Shown here one piece after another: positions 20,834 to 32,063 of a DNA stretch of 64,000 bases. Source of the DNA: Tagaea sp. (GTDB lineage: Bacteria; Pseudomonadota; Alphaproteobacteria; CACIAM-22H2); assembly GCA_965279525.1 (NCBI GenBank), contig CBDIIB010000004.1, positions 672,001 to 736,000 on the forward strand. Direction: 5' to 3'. The notes beneath the pieces are model-generated. The model made no database searches, had not been told where the DNA came from, and worked only from the letters and a program-made list of their open reading frames with translations. Position 1 is the first letter of the stretch; every line of letters begins with the position of its first letter. The position numbers and the translations under genes were made by a program.

Positions 20834-21814
20834 TCAGTAGTGGGTAAAGCCCGCCTGCGCCAACCGCAGCACCCGGCTCTGGGAATCGACGATCCGCACG
20901 ACCGGGCGCCGTCCGGAAACCTGTCCGATCCGGGCGACCGGCGTGCCGGACTTTTTTGCAGCCTTCAGAACGGCGGCGCGCGCCGACGGCGGAGCGGCGA
21001 ACAGCAATTCGTAGTCGTCGCCGCCGGAAATCGCCGTATCGCGCAGTTTCACGTCAAGTCTGATCGCCGCCTCGGCAGCCGCCGAGAACGGAACGGCGTC
21101 GAGTTCGACGGTTGCCCCAACGGCCGAGGCCCGGCAGATATGCCCGAGATCGGCGGCAAGTCCGTCGGACACGTCCATCGCCGCATGCGCGATCCCGACA
21201 AGTGCCTGCCCGAGCGCCAGGCGCGGCTCAGGAACGCGATAGCGCGCGAGCAGCGCTGACCGACGCGGTGCCGCGAGCTTCTTCAGCTTGCCCGACGCGA
21301 CAAGCAGCCCGAGCGCGCCGTCGCCGATGCTTCCCGAGACCCAGAGATCATCGCCGTCCCGGGCACCGTCCCGGCGCAGCATCGTGCCGCGACGCGTCGT
21401 TCCCAATGCCGTGATCGCGATGCTGAACGGCCCCGGCGTGGACGTGCTGTCGCCGCCAAGGAGCGGAATGCCGAACGCGGCACCGTCGGCGGCAAGGCCA
21501 CGCGCGAACGCGGCGAGCCGCGCATCGTTCCAGCCGCGCGGCCGCATGATCGACAGGAAATAGCCGACGGGCCTCGCACCCTTGGCCGCGAGATCGGAAA
21601 GGTTGGTGCGCAGCGCCTTGCGCGCGATGTCGGCCGGCGGATCGGCATCGAAGAAATGCACGCCCGCGACGAGCGCGTCGGCGGTGACGACCAGTTCGTC
21701 CTTCGCCGATAGGCGCAGGCACGCCGCATCGTCCTTGAGCCCGAGGGCGGCTTGATGCCCGCGCGTCAGCGGGGCGAACAGGGCGGCGATGGTCTCGAAT
21801 TCGCCGCGCGCCAT
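20834..21814 (-). CDS. thiL: thiamine-monophosphate kinase
   Basis: GEFETI, DDAA, NLSDLAAKGA, GGDS, MDVSDGL, GGDDYEL. Confidence 0.95.
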   Translation of the reverse strand: MARGEFETIAALFAPLTRGHQAALGLKDDAACLRLSAKDELVVTADALVAGVHFFDADPPADIARKALRTNLSDLAAKGARPVGYFLSIMRPRGWNDARLAAFARGLAADGAAFGIPLLGGDSTSTPGPFSIAITALGTTRRGTMLRRDGARDGDDLWVSGSIGDGALGLLVASGKLKKLAAPRRSALLARYRVPEPRLALGQALVGIAHAAMDVSDGLAADLGHICRASAVGATVELDAVPFSAAAEAAIRLDVKLRDTAISGGDDYELLFAAPPSARAAVLKAAKKSGTPVARIGQVSGRRPVVRIVDSQSRVLRLAQAGFTHY

Positions 21815-21816
21815 CG

Positions 21817-22290
21817 TCAGGCCCTGCCCGCCATCTCCTGCGGACGGCGGTCCTTGGCGATGCGGTCGAGCACGCCGTTGACGAAGCCGGCTTCCTTTGC
21901 GGCATCGAAATCGAGCGAAAGGTCGACATAGGCATCGATGGTCACGCGCGCGGGCACGTCGCCGCGCGCGAGCAGCTCGTAAGCACCGGCGCGCAGGATG
22001 GCGCGGATCACCGGATCGATGCGCTGCAAGGTCCAGCCGCGCGCGAGTGCCGGCACGATCAGCGCGTCGATCTCGGGCTTGCGCGACCACGCCCCTTCGA
22101 CGAGGTCGGCGAAGAAGCCGGGCTCGGCCTCGGGCCAGTCCGGACCGCCGAAACCCGGCTTTAGCCGGAAACGGCGGAACTGCTCGACGACGTGCTTGGG
22201 ATCCTCGGCCGCGAACTCGACCTGATAGAGAGCCTGCACGGCGGCCAGACGCGACGTGGTGCGACCGTTCCTGCGCGAATTGCCGCTCAT
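21817..22290 (-). CDS. nusB: transcription antitermination factor NusB
   Basis: [28 protein letters not shown]. Confidence 0.95.
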   Translation of the reverse strand: MSGNSRRNGRTTSRLAAVQALYQVEFAAEDPKHVVEQFRRFRLKPGFGGPDWPEAEPGFFADLVEGAWSRKPEIDALIVPALARGWTLQRIDPVIRAILRAGAYELLARGDVPARVTIDAYVDLSLDFDAAKEAGFVNGVLDRIAKDRRPQEMAGRA

Positions 22291-22793
22291 GGCGCGAGCC
22301 GGAGCGAGCGCTTGTAGGCGATCATCGCGAGAGCGGCCTGCGCGGCCCCTGCCCCCTTGTCGCCTTCGCTGCGCTTGGCGCGCGCCCAGGCCTGCCCAAT
22401 GGTCTCGACCGTCAGGATGCCGTAGCCGATCGCAAGCCCGCGCCGCACGGCGAGGTCCTGCAGGCCGCGCGCACTCTCGCCGCAGACATAATCGTAGTGC
22501 GAGGTTTCGCCGCGGATGACGGCACCCAGCGCCACGAAGCCGTCATAGGGCACGACGCCGGGCACGCGCTCACCGGCCATGTCGGCCATCGCGATGGCGC
22601 CGGGTATCTCGAAAGCACCCGGAACGGCGACCCGCTCGGCGATGCCGCCGACCGCCGCGATGGCGGCAAGGGCACCCGCGGCCAGTTCGTCGGCTAATTC
22701 GGCATAGAAGCGGGCCTCGACGATCAGCAGGCGCGGTGGGGCGCCTGCGAAATCGGCTTTGGTTGGGGCGGTGAAATCAGCGCGTCCGAACAT
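22287..22793 (-). CDS. ribH: 6,7-dimethyl-8-ribityllumazine synthase
   Basis: [25 protein letters not shown]. Confidence 0.95.
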   Translation of the reverse strand: MFGRADFTAPTKADFAGAPPRLLIVEARFYAELADELAAGALAAIAAVGGIAERVAVPGAFEIPGAIAMADMAGERVPGVVPYDGFVALGAVIRGETSHYDYVCGESARGLQDLAVRRGLAIGYGILTVETIGQAWARAKRSEGDKGAGAAQAALAMIAYKRSLRLAP

Positions 22794-23958
22794 CGATGCT
22801 CTTGTGCCCCACTATATCCAGACCGTATCCCTCGAGCCCGACGATCGAGCGGCGGGAGTTCGAAATCAGAATCATGTCGCGCACGCCCAGATCGAGCAGG
22901 ATCTGCGCGCCGATGCCATAGTCGCGAAGCTCGCCGGCACCGCCGGTTTTCGGCTTAGCCGCGGCATCGCCCAGACGCGCGCGCACGCGGTCCGACAGGC
23001 TCGTCGCGCGCGGCTCGCGCAGCAGGACGACCACGCCGCGCCCGGCCTCGCCAATCGCGCGCATCGCCGACTGCAAAGTGCCCGCGCGCCCGAGCGTGCG
23101 GTCGCCGAGCACGTCGTCGAGCACGTTGAGCGCATGCATGCGCACCAGCACCGGATCGGATTTGGAGATGTCGCCCTTCACGAGCGCGATGTGCTCGGCA
23201 TAGGCGGCACGGTTCACGTAGACGAGCATGCGCCACGTGCCGCCATGCTCGCTCTCGAACGTGGTTTCCTGCACGCGCTCGATGATGCGGTCGTTCTTGC
23301 GGCGGAACGCGATCAGGTCGGCGATCGTCGCGACCTTGAGCCCGTGGAGCTGGGCGAACTGCACGAGGTCCGGCAGGCGGGCCATCGTCCCGTCGTCGTT
23401 CATGATCTCGCAGATCACGCCGGCGGGGATGAGGCCGGCCATGCGCGCGATGTCGACGGCCGCCTCGGTGTGGCCGGCGCGCACGAGCGTGCCGCCGTCG
23501 CGCGCGACCAGCGGAAAGACATGCCCCGGGCTGACGATGTCGCGTGCACCCTTGCCCGGATCGATGGCGACCTGGATCGTGCGCGCGCGGTCGGCGGCCG
23601 AAATGCCGGTCGAGATGCCGTCGCGCGCCTCGATCGAGACGGTGAAGGCCGTCTGGTGGCGCGAGGCGTTGTCGGCGCTCATCAGCTTGAGGCCGAGCGT
23701 CTCGACGCGCTCGCGCGTCATCGAGAGACAGATGAGGCCGCGCCCGTAGCGCGCCATGAAGTTGACGGCCTCGGGCGTGGCGAACTGGGCCGGGATCACG
23801 AGGTCGCCTTCGTTCTCGCGGTCCTCGTCGTCGACGAGGATGAACATGCGCCCGTTGCGCGCGTCCTCGACGATCTCGTCGATCGACGACAGGAACGCCA
23901 CGTCGACCTTCCCGGTCTCGAGGATTTCCGTCTGGCGATTTGTCGGTTTGAAGGCCAC
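22777..23958 (-). CDS. ribB: DHBP synthase RibB fused to a degenerate GTP cyclohydrolase II-like domain
   Basis: [37 protein letters not shown]; GTG start at 23958. Confidence 0.92.
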   Translation of the reverse strand: MAFKPTNRQTEILETGKVDVAFLSSIDEIVEDARNGRMFILVDDEDRENEGDLVIPAQFATPEAVNFMARYGRGLICLSMTRERVETLGLKLMSADNASRHQTAFTVSIEARDGISTGISAADRARTIQVAIDPGKGARDIVSPGHVFPLVARDGGTLVRAGHTEAAVDIARMAGLIPAGVICEIMNDDGTMARLPDLVQFAQLHGLKVATIADLIAFRRKNDRIIERVQETTFESEHGGTWRMLVYVNRAAYAEHIALVKGDISKSDPVLVRMHALNVLDDVLGDRTLGRAGTLQSAMRAIGEAGRGVVVLLREPRATSLSDRVRARLGDAAAKPKTGGAGELRDYGIGAQILLDLGVRDMILISNSRRSIVGLEGYGLDIVGHKSIDVRTR

Positions 23959-23966
23959 GGCCGCGC

Positions 23967-24578
23967 TCAGCCCTTTCCAAGGATGCGCGCAACATAGCGC
24001 GCAAGCGCGTCGACTTCCATGTTCACCCGCCCGCCGACGGCCGTCCGGCCAAGCGTCGTCGCATCCCAGGTATGCGGAATGACGTTGATCCCGAAGCGGG
24101 CCGACCCGTCGGGGCGGTCCTCGACCTCGTTCACGGTCAGCGAGATGCCGTCGATGGCGACAGAGCCTTTGGGCGCCAGATAGCGCGCGAACGCCTTGGG
24201 TGCCTCGAACACCAGCCGGTGCGATCCCTGCTCCTGCGTCGCGGACACAAGAATTGCCGTGCAGTCGACATGGCCCGACACGATATGTCCGCCAAGTTCG
24301 TCGCCCACGCGCAGCGACGGCTCGAGATTGACCGGCGTGCCGACCTGCCATTCGCCAAGCGTGGTCTTCGACAATGTCTCGGCCGACGCTTCGACCGCGA
24401 ACCAGCCGGGCCCCTTCTCGATCGCCGTCAGGCAGCAGCCCGAGCACGCGATCGAAGCGCCGATGGCGAAGCGTGCGGTGTCGAGCGCGGTCTCGATCTC
24501 GAGGCGCGTATCGGAAGTGCGGGTGGCCGGTGCAAGCTTCCGCACGCGGGCCTTGTCGACGACGATGCCGGTGAACAT
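23967..24578 (-). CDS. ribE: riboflavin synthase
   Basis: MFTGIV, GCCLT, VNLE, GGHIVSGHVD, DGISLTVN. Confidence 0.95.
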   Translation of the reverse strand: MFTGIVVDKARVRKLAPATRTSDTRLEIETALDTARFAIGASIACSGCCLTAIEKGPGWFAVEASAETLSKTTLGEWQVGTPVNLEPSLRVGDELGGHIVSGHVDCTAILVSATQEQGSHRLVFEAPKAFARYLAPKGSVAIDGISLTVNEVEDRPDGSARFGINVIPHTWDATTLGRTAVGGRVNMEVDALARYVARILGKG

Positions 24579-24588
24579 GGCCGGCAAC

Positions 24589-25707
24589 TTATGTCGCCCG
24601 CGCCCAGGTTTCCAGTACGTCCTCGCCGCATTCGGTCACATCGAGGCGCGAAAAGCGCGGTGCCTGGGCCAGGAGATCGACCCCGAAGGCCGCCAGAGCG
24701 GGCACGCCGTCGCCCCCCAGCACAAGTCCGGCCCCGAACCGGGCCAGCCGGTCGACAAGGTCCGCGCGCAGGAATGCCGCTGCCAGATGCGATCCGCCTT
24801 CGACGAGCACGCGGGTGAGGCCCCGCTTTCCCAGCGCCTTCGCGATGTCGGCCGGCACGATATTTCCGGCACCGTCCGGCGGCAGATGGATGAGTTCGAT
24901 GCCGCAATCGGCCAGCACCTTGGCACGCGCCGGATCGCAATCGGCGCGCACCACGAACCAGGTCGGATGATCCTTTGCCGTGCGCACGACGCGCGCGGTC
25001 AACGGCACGCGCAGGCGCCCGTCGACGACGACGCGCACGCGCCGCGCCGTTTCGTAGCCGGCAAGGCGGACGTCGAGCATCGGATCGTCGGCGATCGCGG
25101 TTCCCGAACCGACGAGCGTGGCGTCGTGCCCGGCGCGCATGGCGTGCGCACGGGCGCGCGACGTCTCGCCGGTGATCCAGCGGCTTTCGCCGCGATGCGT
25201 GGCGATGCGACCGTCCAGCGAGGTGGCGAGCTTCAGCGTGAAGATCGGCCGGCCGTCGCGCACACGCTTGAAAAAGCCGGCATTGAGCGCGTCGGCTTCG
25301 TCCTGCAGCAGGCCGGTCTCGACCGCGATGCCCGCTTTGCGAAGCTTTTCCAGCCCCTGACCCGAGACGCGCGGGTCGGGATCGCCGGTCGCGGCGACGA
25401 CACGCACGATACCGGCTTCGATCAGTGCATCGGCGCAGGGCGGCGTCTTGCCGTGATGGCTGCAGGGTTCGAGGCTGACATAGGCGGTGGCGCCCCGCGC
25501 CGCCGCCCCTGCCCGCTTCAGCGCTTCGGCTTCGGCGTGCGGCCGTCCGCCTTGTTGCGTCCAGCCCCGCCCGACGACGGTGCCGTCGCGCACGACGACG
25601 CAGCCGACCGCCGGGTTGGGCCACACGGACCCGAGGCCGCGCCGGGCAAGTGCCAGCGCGGCGCGCATATGGGCCCGGTCGGCCTCACTCGTCGGAATCG
25701 CCGCCAA
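24589..25707 (-). CDS. ribD: riboflavin biosynthesis deaminase/reductase
   Basis: [34 protein letters not shown]. Confidence 0.96.
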   Translation of the reverse strand: MAAIPTSEADRAHMRAALALARRGLGSVWPNPAVGCVVVRDGTVVGRGWTQQGGRPHAEAEALKRAGAAARGATAYVSLEPCSHHGKTPPCADALIEAGIVRVVAATGDPDPRVSGQGLEKLRKAGIAVETGLLQDEADALNAGFFKRVRDGRPIFTLKLATSLDGRIATHRGESRWITGETSRARAHAMRAGHDATLVGSGTAIADDPMLDVRLAGYETARRVRVVVDGRLRVPLTARVVRTAKDHPTWFVVRADCDPARAKVLADCGIELIHLPPDGAGNIVPADIAKALGKRGLTRVLVEGGSHLAAAFLRADLVDRLARFGAGLVLGGDGVPALAAFGVDLLAQAPRFSRLDVTECGEDVLETWARAT

Positions 25708-26146
25708 GCTTGCCGACGAAATCTTCGAAGTCCTTCGCTTCCCGGAAGTTCTTGTAGACCGAGGCGAAGCGGATATAGGCGACGTGGTCGAGCGTGCGCA
25801 GCGCGTCCATCACCATCTCGCCGACGACCGTCGAGGGGATCTCGCTCTCGCCGAGGCTCTCCAGGCGGCGCTGGATGCCCGAGACGATGCGCTCGACGCG
25901 ATCGGGCTCGACCGGGCGCTTGCGCACCGCATGCATCAGCGAGCGCAGGATCTTCTCGCGGTCGAACGGCTCCTTGACGCCGTTCTTCTTCACGATCGTC
26001 AGTTCGCGCAGTTGCACGCGCTCGAACGTGGTGAAGCGCGAGCCGCACGACGGACAGAAGCGCCGACGCCGGATGGCCGAGCCATCCTCCGTCGGGCGCG
26101 AGTCCTTCACCTGGGTATCTTCATGACCGCAAAACGGACAGCGCAT
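25685..26146 (-). CDS. nrdR: transcriptional repressor NrdR
   Basis: [25 protein letters not shown] cone, AYIRFASVY. Confidence 0.97.
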   Translation of the reverse strand: MRCPFCGHEDTQVKDSRPTEDGSAIRRRRFCPSCGSRFTTFERVQLRELTIVKKNGVKEPFDREKILRSLMHAVRKRPVEPDRVERIVSGIQRRLESLGESEIPSTVVGEMVMDALRTLDHVAYIRFASVYKNFREAKDFEDFVGKLGGDSDE

Positions 26147-26173
26147 CTTCGGGGCGTTCCCTTCGTCTTGTTC

Positions 26174-27493
26174 TTAAAGTCCGCGATAGATCGGAAAGCG
26201 GCGGGCAAGCTCGCCCACCTTGGCGCGCACCGCGGTCTCGACGGCCGCGTTGTCGCCGCTGTTGGTGTTGGAAAGGCCGTTCAGCGTCTCGCCGATCAGG
26301 TCGGCGATCTGGCGGAACTCGGCCGGGCCGAAGCCGCGCGTGGTGCCCGCCGGCGTGCCAAGGCGCACGCCCGACGTGACCATCGGCTTTTCGGGATCGG
26401 CCGGGATGCCGTTCTTGTTGCAGGTGAGGCCGGCGCGCTCGAGGCTCTTTTCCGCGACGTTGCCGGTCAGCTTTTTGGGCCGCAGGTCGACGAGCATCAG
26501 GTGGCTGTCCGTGCCGCCCGAGACGATGGCAAAGCCATGCTCGACCAGGCGGGCCGCCATCGCGCGCGCGTTCTCGACCACGCGCTGGGCGTAGATCTTG
26601 AACTCGGGCTTCAGCGCCTCGCCGAACGCGACGGCCTTGGCGGCGATCACGTGCATCAGCGGGCCGCCCTGCAGGCCAGGGAAGACGGCCGAGTTGATCT
26701 TCTTGCCGAGATCCTCGTCCATCGAGAGGATCATGCCGCCGCGCGGACCGCGCAGCGTCTTGTGAGTCGTCGTCGTCACGACATGCGCGTGCGGCAGCGG
26801 GCTGGGATACGCACCGCCCGCGATCAGGCCGGCATAGTGCGCCATGTCGACCATCAGATAGGCGCCGACCTTGTCGGCGACCGCGCGGAAGCGCGCGAAG
26901 TCGATCTGGCGCGAATAGGCCGAGCCGCCCGCGATTATGAGCTTGGGCTTCACTTCGAGCGCCTTGGCTTCCATCGCGTCGTAGTCGATGAGCTGGTTGT
27001 CCGCGCGCACGCCGTAGGACGCGACCTTGAACCACTTGCCGGACTGGTTGGCCGGTGCGCCATGCGTGAGATGCCCGCCTTCGGCGAGCGACATGCCAAG
27101 GAACGTGTCGCCCGGCTGCAGGAGTGCGAAGAACACCGCCTGGTTCGCCTGCGCGCCCGAATGGGGCTGCACGTTGGCGAAGTTGCAGCCGAACAGCTTC
27201 TTGGCGCGCGCGATGGCCAGAGCTTCGGCCTCGTCGACGAACTCGCAGCCGCCGTAATAGCGCCGGCCCGGATAGCCTTCGGCGTACTTGTTGGTCAGCA
27301 CCGAGCCTTGTGCTTCGAGCACGGCGCGGCTGACGATGTTCTCCGAGGCGATCAGCTCGATCTGATCCTGCTGGCGCGCAAGCTCGCGGTCGATGGCGCC
27401 GCGGATGTCCGGATCGGCATCCTTGAGGCTCGTTCCGAAGAAGCGCTGGGCGAAGTCTGATTCGATCACGCGGGCGGGTTCGGCAGGCGACAT
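26174..27493 (-). CDS. glyA: serine hydroxymethyltransferase
   Basis: [30 protein letters not shown]. Confidence 0.98.
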   Translation of the reverse strand: MSPAEPARVIESDFAQRFFGTSLKDADPDIRGAIDRELARQQDQIELIASENIVSRAVLEAQGSVLTNKYAEGYPGRRYYGGCEFVDEAEALAIARAKKLFGCNFANVQPHSGAQANQAVFFALLQPGDTFLGMSLAEGGHLTHGAPANQSGKWFKVASYGVRADNQLIDYDAMEAKALEVKPKLIIAGGSAYSRQIDFARFRAVADKVGAYLMVDMAHYAGLIAGGAYPSPLPHAHVVTTTTHKTLRGPRGGMILSMDEDLGKKINSAVFPGLQGGPLMHVIAAKAVAFGEALKPEFKIYAQRVVENARAMAARLVEHGFAIVSGGTDSHLMLVDLRPKKLTGNVAEKSLERAGLTCNKNGIPADPEKPMVTSGVRLGTPAGTTRGFGPAEFRQIADLIGETLNGLSNTNSGDNAAVETAVRAKVGELARRFPIYRGL

Positions 27494-27530
27494 CGGCGGA
27501 AGTTCCTCTGGCGTTCGTGTTTGCTTTGCG

Positions 27531-27962
27531 TCAGCCGAGCTTGGCGACGCGTCTTTCGTGGCGTCCGCCGCCGAACGGCGTGGACAGGAAGACCTTGAGG
27601 CAGGCGCGCGCGACCTCGGGTCCGATCACGCGGGCACCCATCGCGAGCACGTTGGCATCGTTGTGCTCGCGGCTGAGGCGCGCGGTCGTCTCGTCGTGGC
27701 AGAGTGCGGCGCGGATGTGGCGGTGGCGGTTGGCGGCGATCGAGATGCCGATGCCCGTCCCGCAGATCAGCACGCCGCGCGATGCGCGTCCGTCCTTGAG
27801 TGCGGCTGCAAGCCGGTCGGCGAAGTCGGGATAATCGACGCTGTCGGCCGCGTTCGTGCCGAGGTCGACGACAGGCACGCCGGCAGCTTCCAAGTCCTTG
27901 ACCAGCAAGGCTTTGAGTTCGTATCCGCCGTGGTCGGCTGCAAGGGCGATGGCGTCTGTCAT
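27531..27962 (-). CDS. rpiB: ribose 5-phosphate isomerase B
   Basis: DHGG, SVDYP, CGTGIG, HNDANVL, GRHERR. Confidence 0.95.
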   Translation of the reverse strand: MTDAIALAADHGGYELKALLVKDLEAAGVPVVDLGTNAADSVDYPDFADRLAAALKDGRASRGVLICGTGIGISIAANRHRHIRAALCHDETTARLSREHNDANVLAMGARVIGPEVARACLKVFLSTPFGGGRHERRVAKLG

Positions 27963-28042
27963 ATTGGCGCGGACGCTACCATATGTCGTCGCGGCGCCAC
28001 AATCCGCCCCCAAGGCGTTGCGATTTTTGGGCTTTTCGACCC

Positions 28043-28270
28043 CTAGGGCGTCTGGCCCTCGTTGCGGCGCAATGCGGCCTCGAGCTTGCGCAGCGCGTTC
28101 GCCCGCAGCAGCGCATCGCCGCCGTTCGACGGGCCGACGATCGAGACCTCGATGCCGGTCTCGGTGTCGATGGCGGTCACCTTGACGAAGGCGCCGATCC
28201 GGTGGAATTCGAAGAGCGCGTCGCGCGGCATCGGGGCGAATCCGGGAGCGTGAAGGGAAAGATCATTCAA
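28043..28270 (-). CDS. small conserved hypothetical protein (DUF6898-like)
   Basis: FEFHRIGAFVKVTAIDTETGIEVSIVGP; start may be 28231. Confidence 0.7.
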   Translation of the reverse strand: MNDLSLHAPGFAPMPRDALFEFHRIGAFVKVTAIDTETGIEVSIVGPSNGGDALLRANALRKLEAALRRNEGQTP

Positions 28271-28341
28271 TCATGCAGTCGCCCCCGGCACGCAAGCCCG
28301 CGTGCCTTGCCCGGCAATTATTTTAGTTCTAAAATATCTCG

Positions 28342-28797
28342 ATGGATGCCGCCCCCTTCACGGTCGAGCTGCCGATCCGCTTCAGCCACACGGATCCAGC
28401 CGGCATCGTCTATTTCCCGAACTATTTCGATTTCTGCAACGGCGTGGTCGAGGACTGGTACACGCGTGGCCTCGGCATCGACTATGCGCGCATGATCTTC
28501 GAGGACCGCCGCTCGGCGCCCATCGTGCATGCCGAGTGCGACTTCTTCGTGCCCTCGCTGATGGGCGACCGCGTGTCGTTCACGCTGCTGCTCGCCAAGA
28601 TCGGCCGCACGTCGATCGACATGGACATCTACGGCCATGTCGCCGGCACGCTGCGCCTCAAGGCGAACATCGTGACGGTGTTCATGGATCTCGACACCCG
28701 CAAATCCGTTGCCCTTCCCGACACGATGCGCCAGAAGTTCGAAGCCTATCGCGACGCGTGCGAAGGCTGGATCCCGCCCCCGAAACCCGGAGCCTGA
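28342..28797 (+). CDS. acyl-CoA thioesterase (4HBT/YbgC hot-dog fold)
   Basis: IRFSHTDPAGIVYFPNY. Confidence 0.9.
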   Translation: MDAAPFTVELPIRFSHTDPAGIVYFPNYFDFCNGVVEDWYTRGLGIDYARMIFEDRRSAPIVHAECDFFVPSLMGDRVSFTLLLAKIGRTSIDMDIYGHVAGTLRLKANIVTVFMDLDTRKSVALPDTMRQKFEAYRDACEGWIPPPKPGA

Positions 28798-28799
28798 AG

Positions 28800-29198
28800 T
28801 TGAACCGTGCACTCCTGCCGCCCGGCTGGGACGCGCCCAAGGGATACGCCAACGGCATCGCCGCCCGCGGCACGCAGATCTATGTCGCCGGCCAGATCGG
28901 CTGGAACCCTGCGACGTCCGCGTTCGAGACCGACGACTTCGTCGGCCAGACGCGCCAGGCGCTTGCCAACATCGTCGCGGTGCTGGCGGCCGCCGGTGCC
29001 GGCCCCGAGCATGTCGTGCGGCTCACCTGGTACGTCGTCGACAAGGCGGAGTATGCCGCCCGCCTGCGCGAGGTGGGCGACGCCTACCGCGCCACGCTGG
29101 GACGCAACTTCCCGGCCATGACGCTGGTCGAGGTGAAGTCGCTGCTCGAACCGCGCGCGCGCCTCGAGATCGAGGCGACTGCCGTGCTGCCTGATTGA
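28800..29198 (+). CDS. RidA/YjgF family protein
   Basis: PKGYANG, AGQIG, FPAMTLVEV, EIEATA; TTG start. Confidence 0.9.
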   Translation: MNRALLPPGWDAPKGYANGIAARGTQIYVAGQIGWNPATSAFETDDFVGQTRQALANIVAVLAAAGAGPEHVVRLTWYVVDKAEYAARLREVGDAYRATLGRNFPAMTLVEVKSLLEPRARLEIEATAVLPD

Positions 29199-29264
29199 CC
29201 CTCTCGCCATCGGCACGCCCCGCCCTATAATCCCGTTCCACTCCATCCGACCGGAAACCCGACA

Positions 29265-30449
29265 ATGAGCAAATCCGCCAAGGCCGAATTCAAGTGGGAA
29301 GACCCGTTCCTGATGGACGCGGACCTTTCCGAGGACGAGCGGATGATCCGCGATGCCGCGCGCGAATTCTGCGAAGGCAAGCTGATGCCGCGCATCCAGA
29401 AGGCCTTCCGCAACGAGACGACCGACCGCGGCATCTTCAACGAGATGGGCGAGATGGGCTTCCTGGGCTCGACGATCGAGGGCTACGGCTGTGCCGGCCT
29501 CTCGTACGTCGCCTACGGCATCGTGGCGCGCGAAGTGGAACGCATCGACAGCGGTTACCGTTCGATGATGAGCGTGCAGTCGTCGCTCGTCATGCATCCG
29601 ATCCACGCCTACGGCACCGAGGCGCAGCGCCAGAAGTACCTTCCCAAGCTCGCGACCGGCGAGTGGGTCGGCTGCTTCGGCCTCACCGAACCCGATGCCG
29701 GCTCCGATCCCGGCGGCATGACGACGCGCGCGAAGAAGACGAAGAACGGCTACGTCATTTCCGGTGCCAAGATGTGGATCTCGAACGCGCCGATCGCCGA
29801 CGTGTTCGTCGTGTGGGCCAAGGACGATGCCGGCGACATCCGCGGCTTCGTGCTCGAGAAGGGCATGAAGGGCCTGTCGGCGCCGAAGATCGAGGGCAAG
29901 TTCTCGCTGCGCGCGTCGATCACCGGCGAGATCGTGATGGACGAGGTGCATGTCGGCGAAGACGCGCTGCTGCCAAACGTGAAGGGCCTCAAGGGTCCGT
30001 TCGGCTGCCTCAACCGCGCGCGCTACGGCATCGCATGGGGTGCCCTTGGTGCCGCCGAATATTGCTGGCACGCGGCGCGCAAATACACGCTCGAGCGCAA
30101 GATGTTCAACCGCCCGCTCGCGGCCAACCAGCTCGTGCAGAAGAAGCTGGCCGACATGCAGACCGAGATCTGGATCGGCCTGAATTCGTGCCTGACCGCC
30201 GGCCGACTGATGGACCAGGGGCGTCTCGCGCCTGAGACGATCAGCCTCATCAAGCGCAACAGCTGCGGCAAGGCGCTCGACATCGCCCGCATGGCGCGCG
30301 ACATGCACGGCGGCAACGGCATCATGGACGAGTATCACGTGATCCGGCATTTGATGAATCTGGAAACCGTGAACACCTACGAGGGCACGCACGACATCCA
30401 TGCGCTGATCCTCGGCCGCGCGCAGACCGGCATCCAGGCGTTCTTCTAG
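29265..30449 (+). CDS. gcdH: glutaryl-CoA dehydrogenase
   Basis: [40 protein letters not shown]. Confidence 0.9.
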   Translation: MSKSAKAEFKWEDPFLMDADLSEDERMIRDAAREFCEGKLMPRIQKAFRNETTDRGIFNEMGEMGFLGSTIEGYGCAGLSYVAYGIVAREVERIDSGYRSMMSVQSSLVMHPIHAYGTEAQRQKYLPKLATGEWVGCFGLTEPDAGSDPGGMTTRAKKTKNGYVISGAKMWISNAPIADVFVVWAKDDAGDIRGFVLEKGMKGLSAPKIEGKFSLRASITGEIVMDEVHVGEDALLPNVKGLKGPFGCLNRARYGIAWGALGAAEYCWHAARKYTLERKMFNRPLAANQLVQKKLADMQTEIWIGLNSCLTAGRLMDQGRLAPETISLIKRNSCGKALDIARMARDMHGGNGIMDEYHVIRHLMNLETVNTYEGTHDIHALILGRAQTGIQAFF

Positions 30450-30464
30450 GCGGGCGGGCGCGTC

Positions 30465-30812
30465 TTGCTCGGCGCGCTCACGCTCCTTCTCGTCTGCCAG
30501 GCGATCGGCGAGGCCGTCGTGCGCCTTGCCGGCCTGCCGGTACCCGGCCCCGTGATGGGCATGCTGCTGCTGTTTGCCTGGCTGATGGTGAAGGGCGAAG
30601 TGCCCGAGGCGGTGGCGAAGACGACGGCCGGCCTGCTCGAACACTTGTCGCTGCTGTTCGTGCCGGCAGGCGTGGGCGTGGTGCTCTATCTCGATCTCGT
30701 CGCGGCCGAGTGGCAGGCCATCCTCGCAGCACTCGTCGTCTCCACGCTCGCGACCATCCTCGTCACGGCCTTCGTGATGCGCAAGCTCGTCGGCCGCGCG
30801 GACGAGCCATGA
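30465..30812 (+). CDS. CidA/LrgA family membrane protein
   Basis: PVPGPVMGM, LLFVPAGVG. Confidence 0.9.
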   Translation: MLGALTLLLVCQAIGEAVVRLAGLPVPGPVMGMLLLFAWLMVKGEVPEAVAKTTAGLLEHLSLLFVPAGVGVVLYLDLVAAEWQAILAALVVSTLATILVTAFVMRKLVGRADEP

Positions 30813-31528
30813 AGGACGAGCTTTTCCAGCTCTGGGTCTATCTGTCGGCCACGCCGCTCGCGGGGCTGACGGTCACGCTGGTGGCCTACCAGATCGGCGT
30901 CGCGGTCTACCGGCGCAGCGGGGCCAATCCCATCGCCAATCCGGTGCTGATCGCGGTCGTGCTGCTGGTCGCACTGCTGTGGGCGACGGGAACCGCCTAT
31001 CGCACCTATTTCGAGGGCGCGCAGTTCGTCCACTTCCTGCTGGGTCCCGCGACGGTGGCGCTGGCAGTCCCGCTCTATCGCCACTTCGCGACGATCAGGC
31101 GTTCGGCACTCGCCATCGCGGTGTCGATCGTCGCCGGCTCGATGACGGCCATCGTCACGGCCGTCGGCACGGCGTGGCTGATGGGCGCCTCGTCGCGCAC
31201 GTTGTTAAGTCTGGCACCCAAGTCGGTGACCACGCCGGTCGCGATGGGCATTTCCGAACAGATCGGCGGCCTGCCGTCGCTGACGGCCGTGCTCGTGATC
31301 CTGACGGGGATCCTCGGCGCCGTGTTCGCGACATGGACGCTGAACGCCGCCGGCATCAAGGACTGGCGCGCGCGCGGGCTTTCGGTGGGCGTGGGCGCGC
31401 ACGGGATCGGAACGGCGCGCGCGTTCCAGGTGAACGAGCTTGCGGGTGCGTTCGCCAGCCTCGCGATGGGGCTGAACGCGCTGGCGACGGCGATACTCGT
31501 CCCGCTGCTTATTCGGCTGCTGTGGTGA
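30809..31528 (+). CDS. LrgB family membrane protein
   Basis: LLGPATVALAVPLY, PKSVTTP, AHGIGTARA; ATGA overlap with the cidA-like gene. Confidence 0.92.
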   Translation: MKDELFQLWVYLSATPLAGLTVTLVAYQIGVAVYRRSGANPIANPVLIAVVLLVALLWATGTAYRTYFEGAQFVHFLLGPATVALAVPLYRHFATIRRSALAIAVSIVAGSMTAIVTAVGTAWLMGASSRTLLSLAPKSVTTPVAMGISEQIGGLPSLTAVLVILTGILGAVFATWTLNAAGIKDWRARGLSVGVGAHGIGTARAFQVNELAGAFASLAMGLNALATAILVPLLIRLLW

Positions 31529-31997
31529 CCTGCGGCGCGTAGCCGCCCTGGCCGATGGCGCCGGTCCAGAACTGCTCCATGCGGCGCAGCGTCTGCTCGA
31601 GCATCGCGAGATCCTGCGGCTTCACGGTCGAGCGCGTCAGTTCCTCTGCGTGGCGCTCGAAGACCTTGTCGAGCAGCCCGTGCAGCTTGAGACCCGAGGC
31701 CGTCAGCTTCACGCGCACCGAGCGGCGGTCGTGCGGGCTGCGTGCCTGCGAGATGTACTCGTTGTCGATGAGCTTCTTCAGATTGTACGAGACGTTGGAG
31801 CCCAGATAGTAGCCGCGCTGCGTGAGCTCGCCCACGGTCAGCTCGTCCGGCCCGATATTGTACAGTATCAACGCCTGGACGTTGTTGATGTCGCGGATGC
31901 CCATCCGGTCGAGCTCGAGTTTCACGACCTCGAGGAATTGCCGATGCAGCCTCTCGACCAGAGAGACCGAATCCAGATAGTCCTTTTTCATCGACAT
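31509..31997 (-). CDS. MarR-family regulator (LdtR-like)
   Basis: VERLHRQFLEVVK, INNVQAL, RGYYLGSNVSYNLKKL, DRRSVR. Confidence 0.85.
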   Translation of the reverse strand: MSMKKDYLDSVSLVERLHRQFLEVVKLELDRMGIRDINNVQALILYNIGPDELTVGELTQRGYYLGSNVSYNLKKLIDNEYISQARSPHDRRSVRVKLTASGLKLHGLLDKVFERHAEELTRSTVKPQDLAMLEQTLRRMEQFWTGAIGQGGYAPQVTTAAE

Positions 31998-32048
31998 AAG
32001 CGGCCCCGCTAACACCCGGATAGTTTTAGCAAAATACAGGGGAAGCGG

Positions 32049-32063
32049 TTAAAAGGTCATTAC
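32049..32063. promoter_or_regulatory. putative CtrA box upstream of the LdtR-like gene
   Basis: ttaa-aaggtca-ttac, one mismatch to TTAA-N7-TTAA. Confidence 0.45.

Noticed and set aside
22287-26170. FMN riboswitch ahead of the rib genes
   Set aside because: Genes overlap or abut from nrdR onward, leaving no leader space, and no RFN motif is visible
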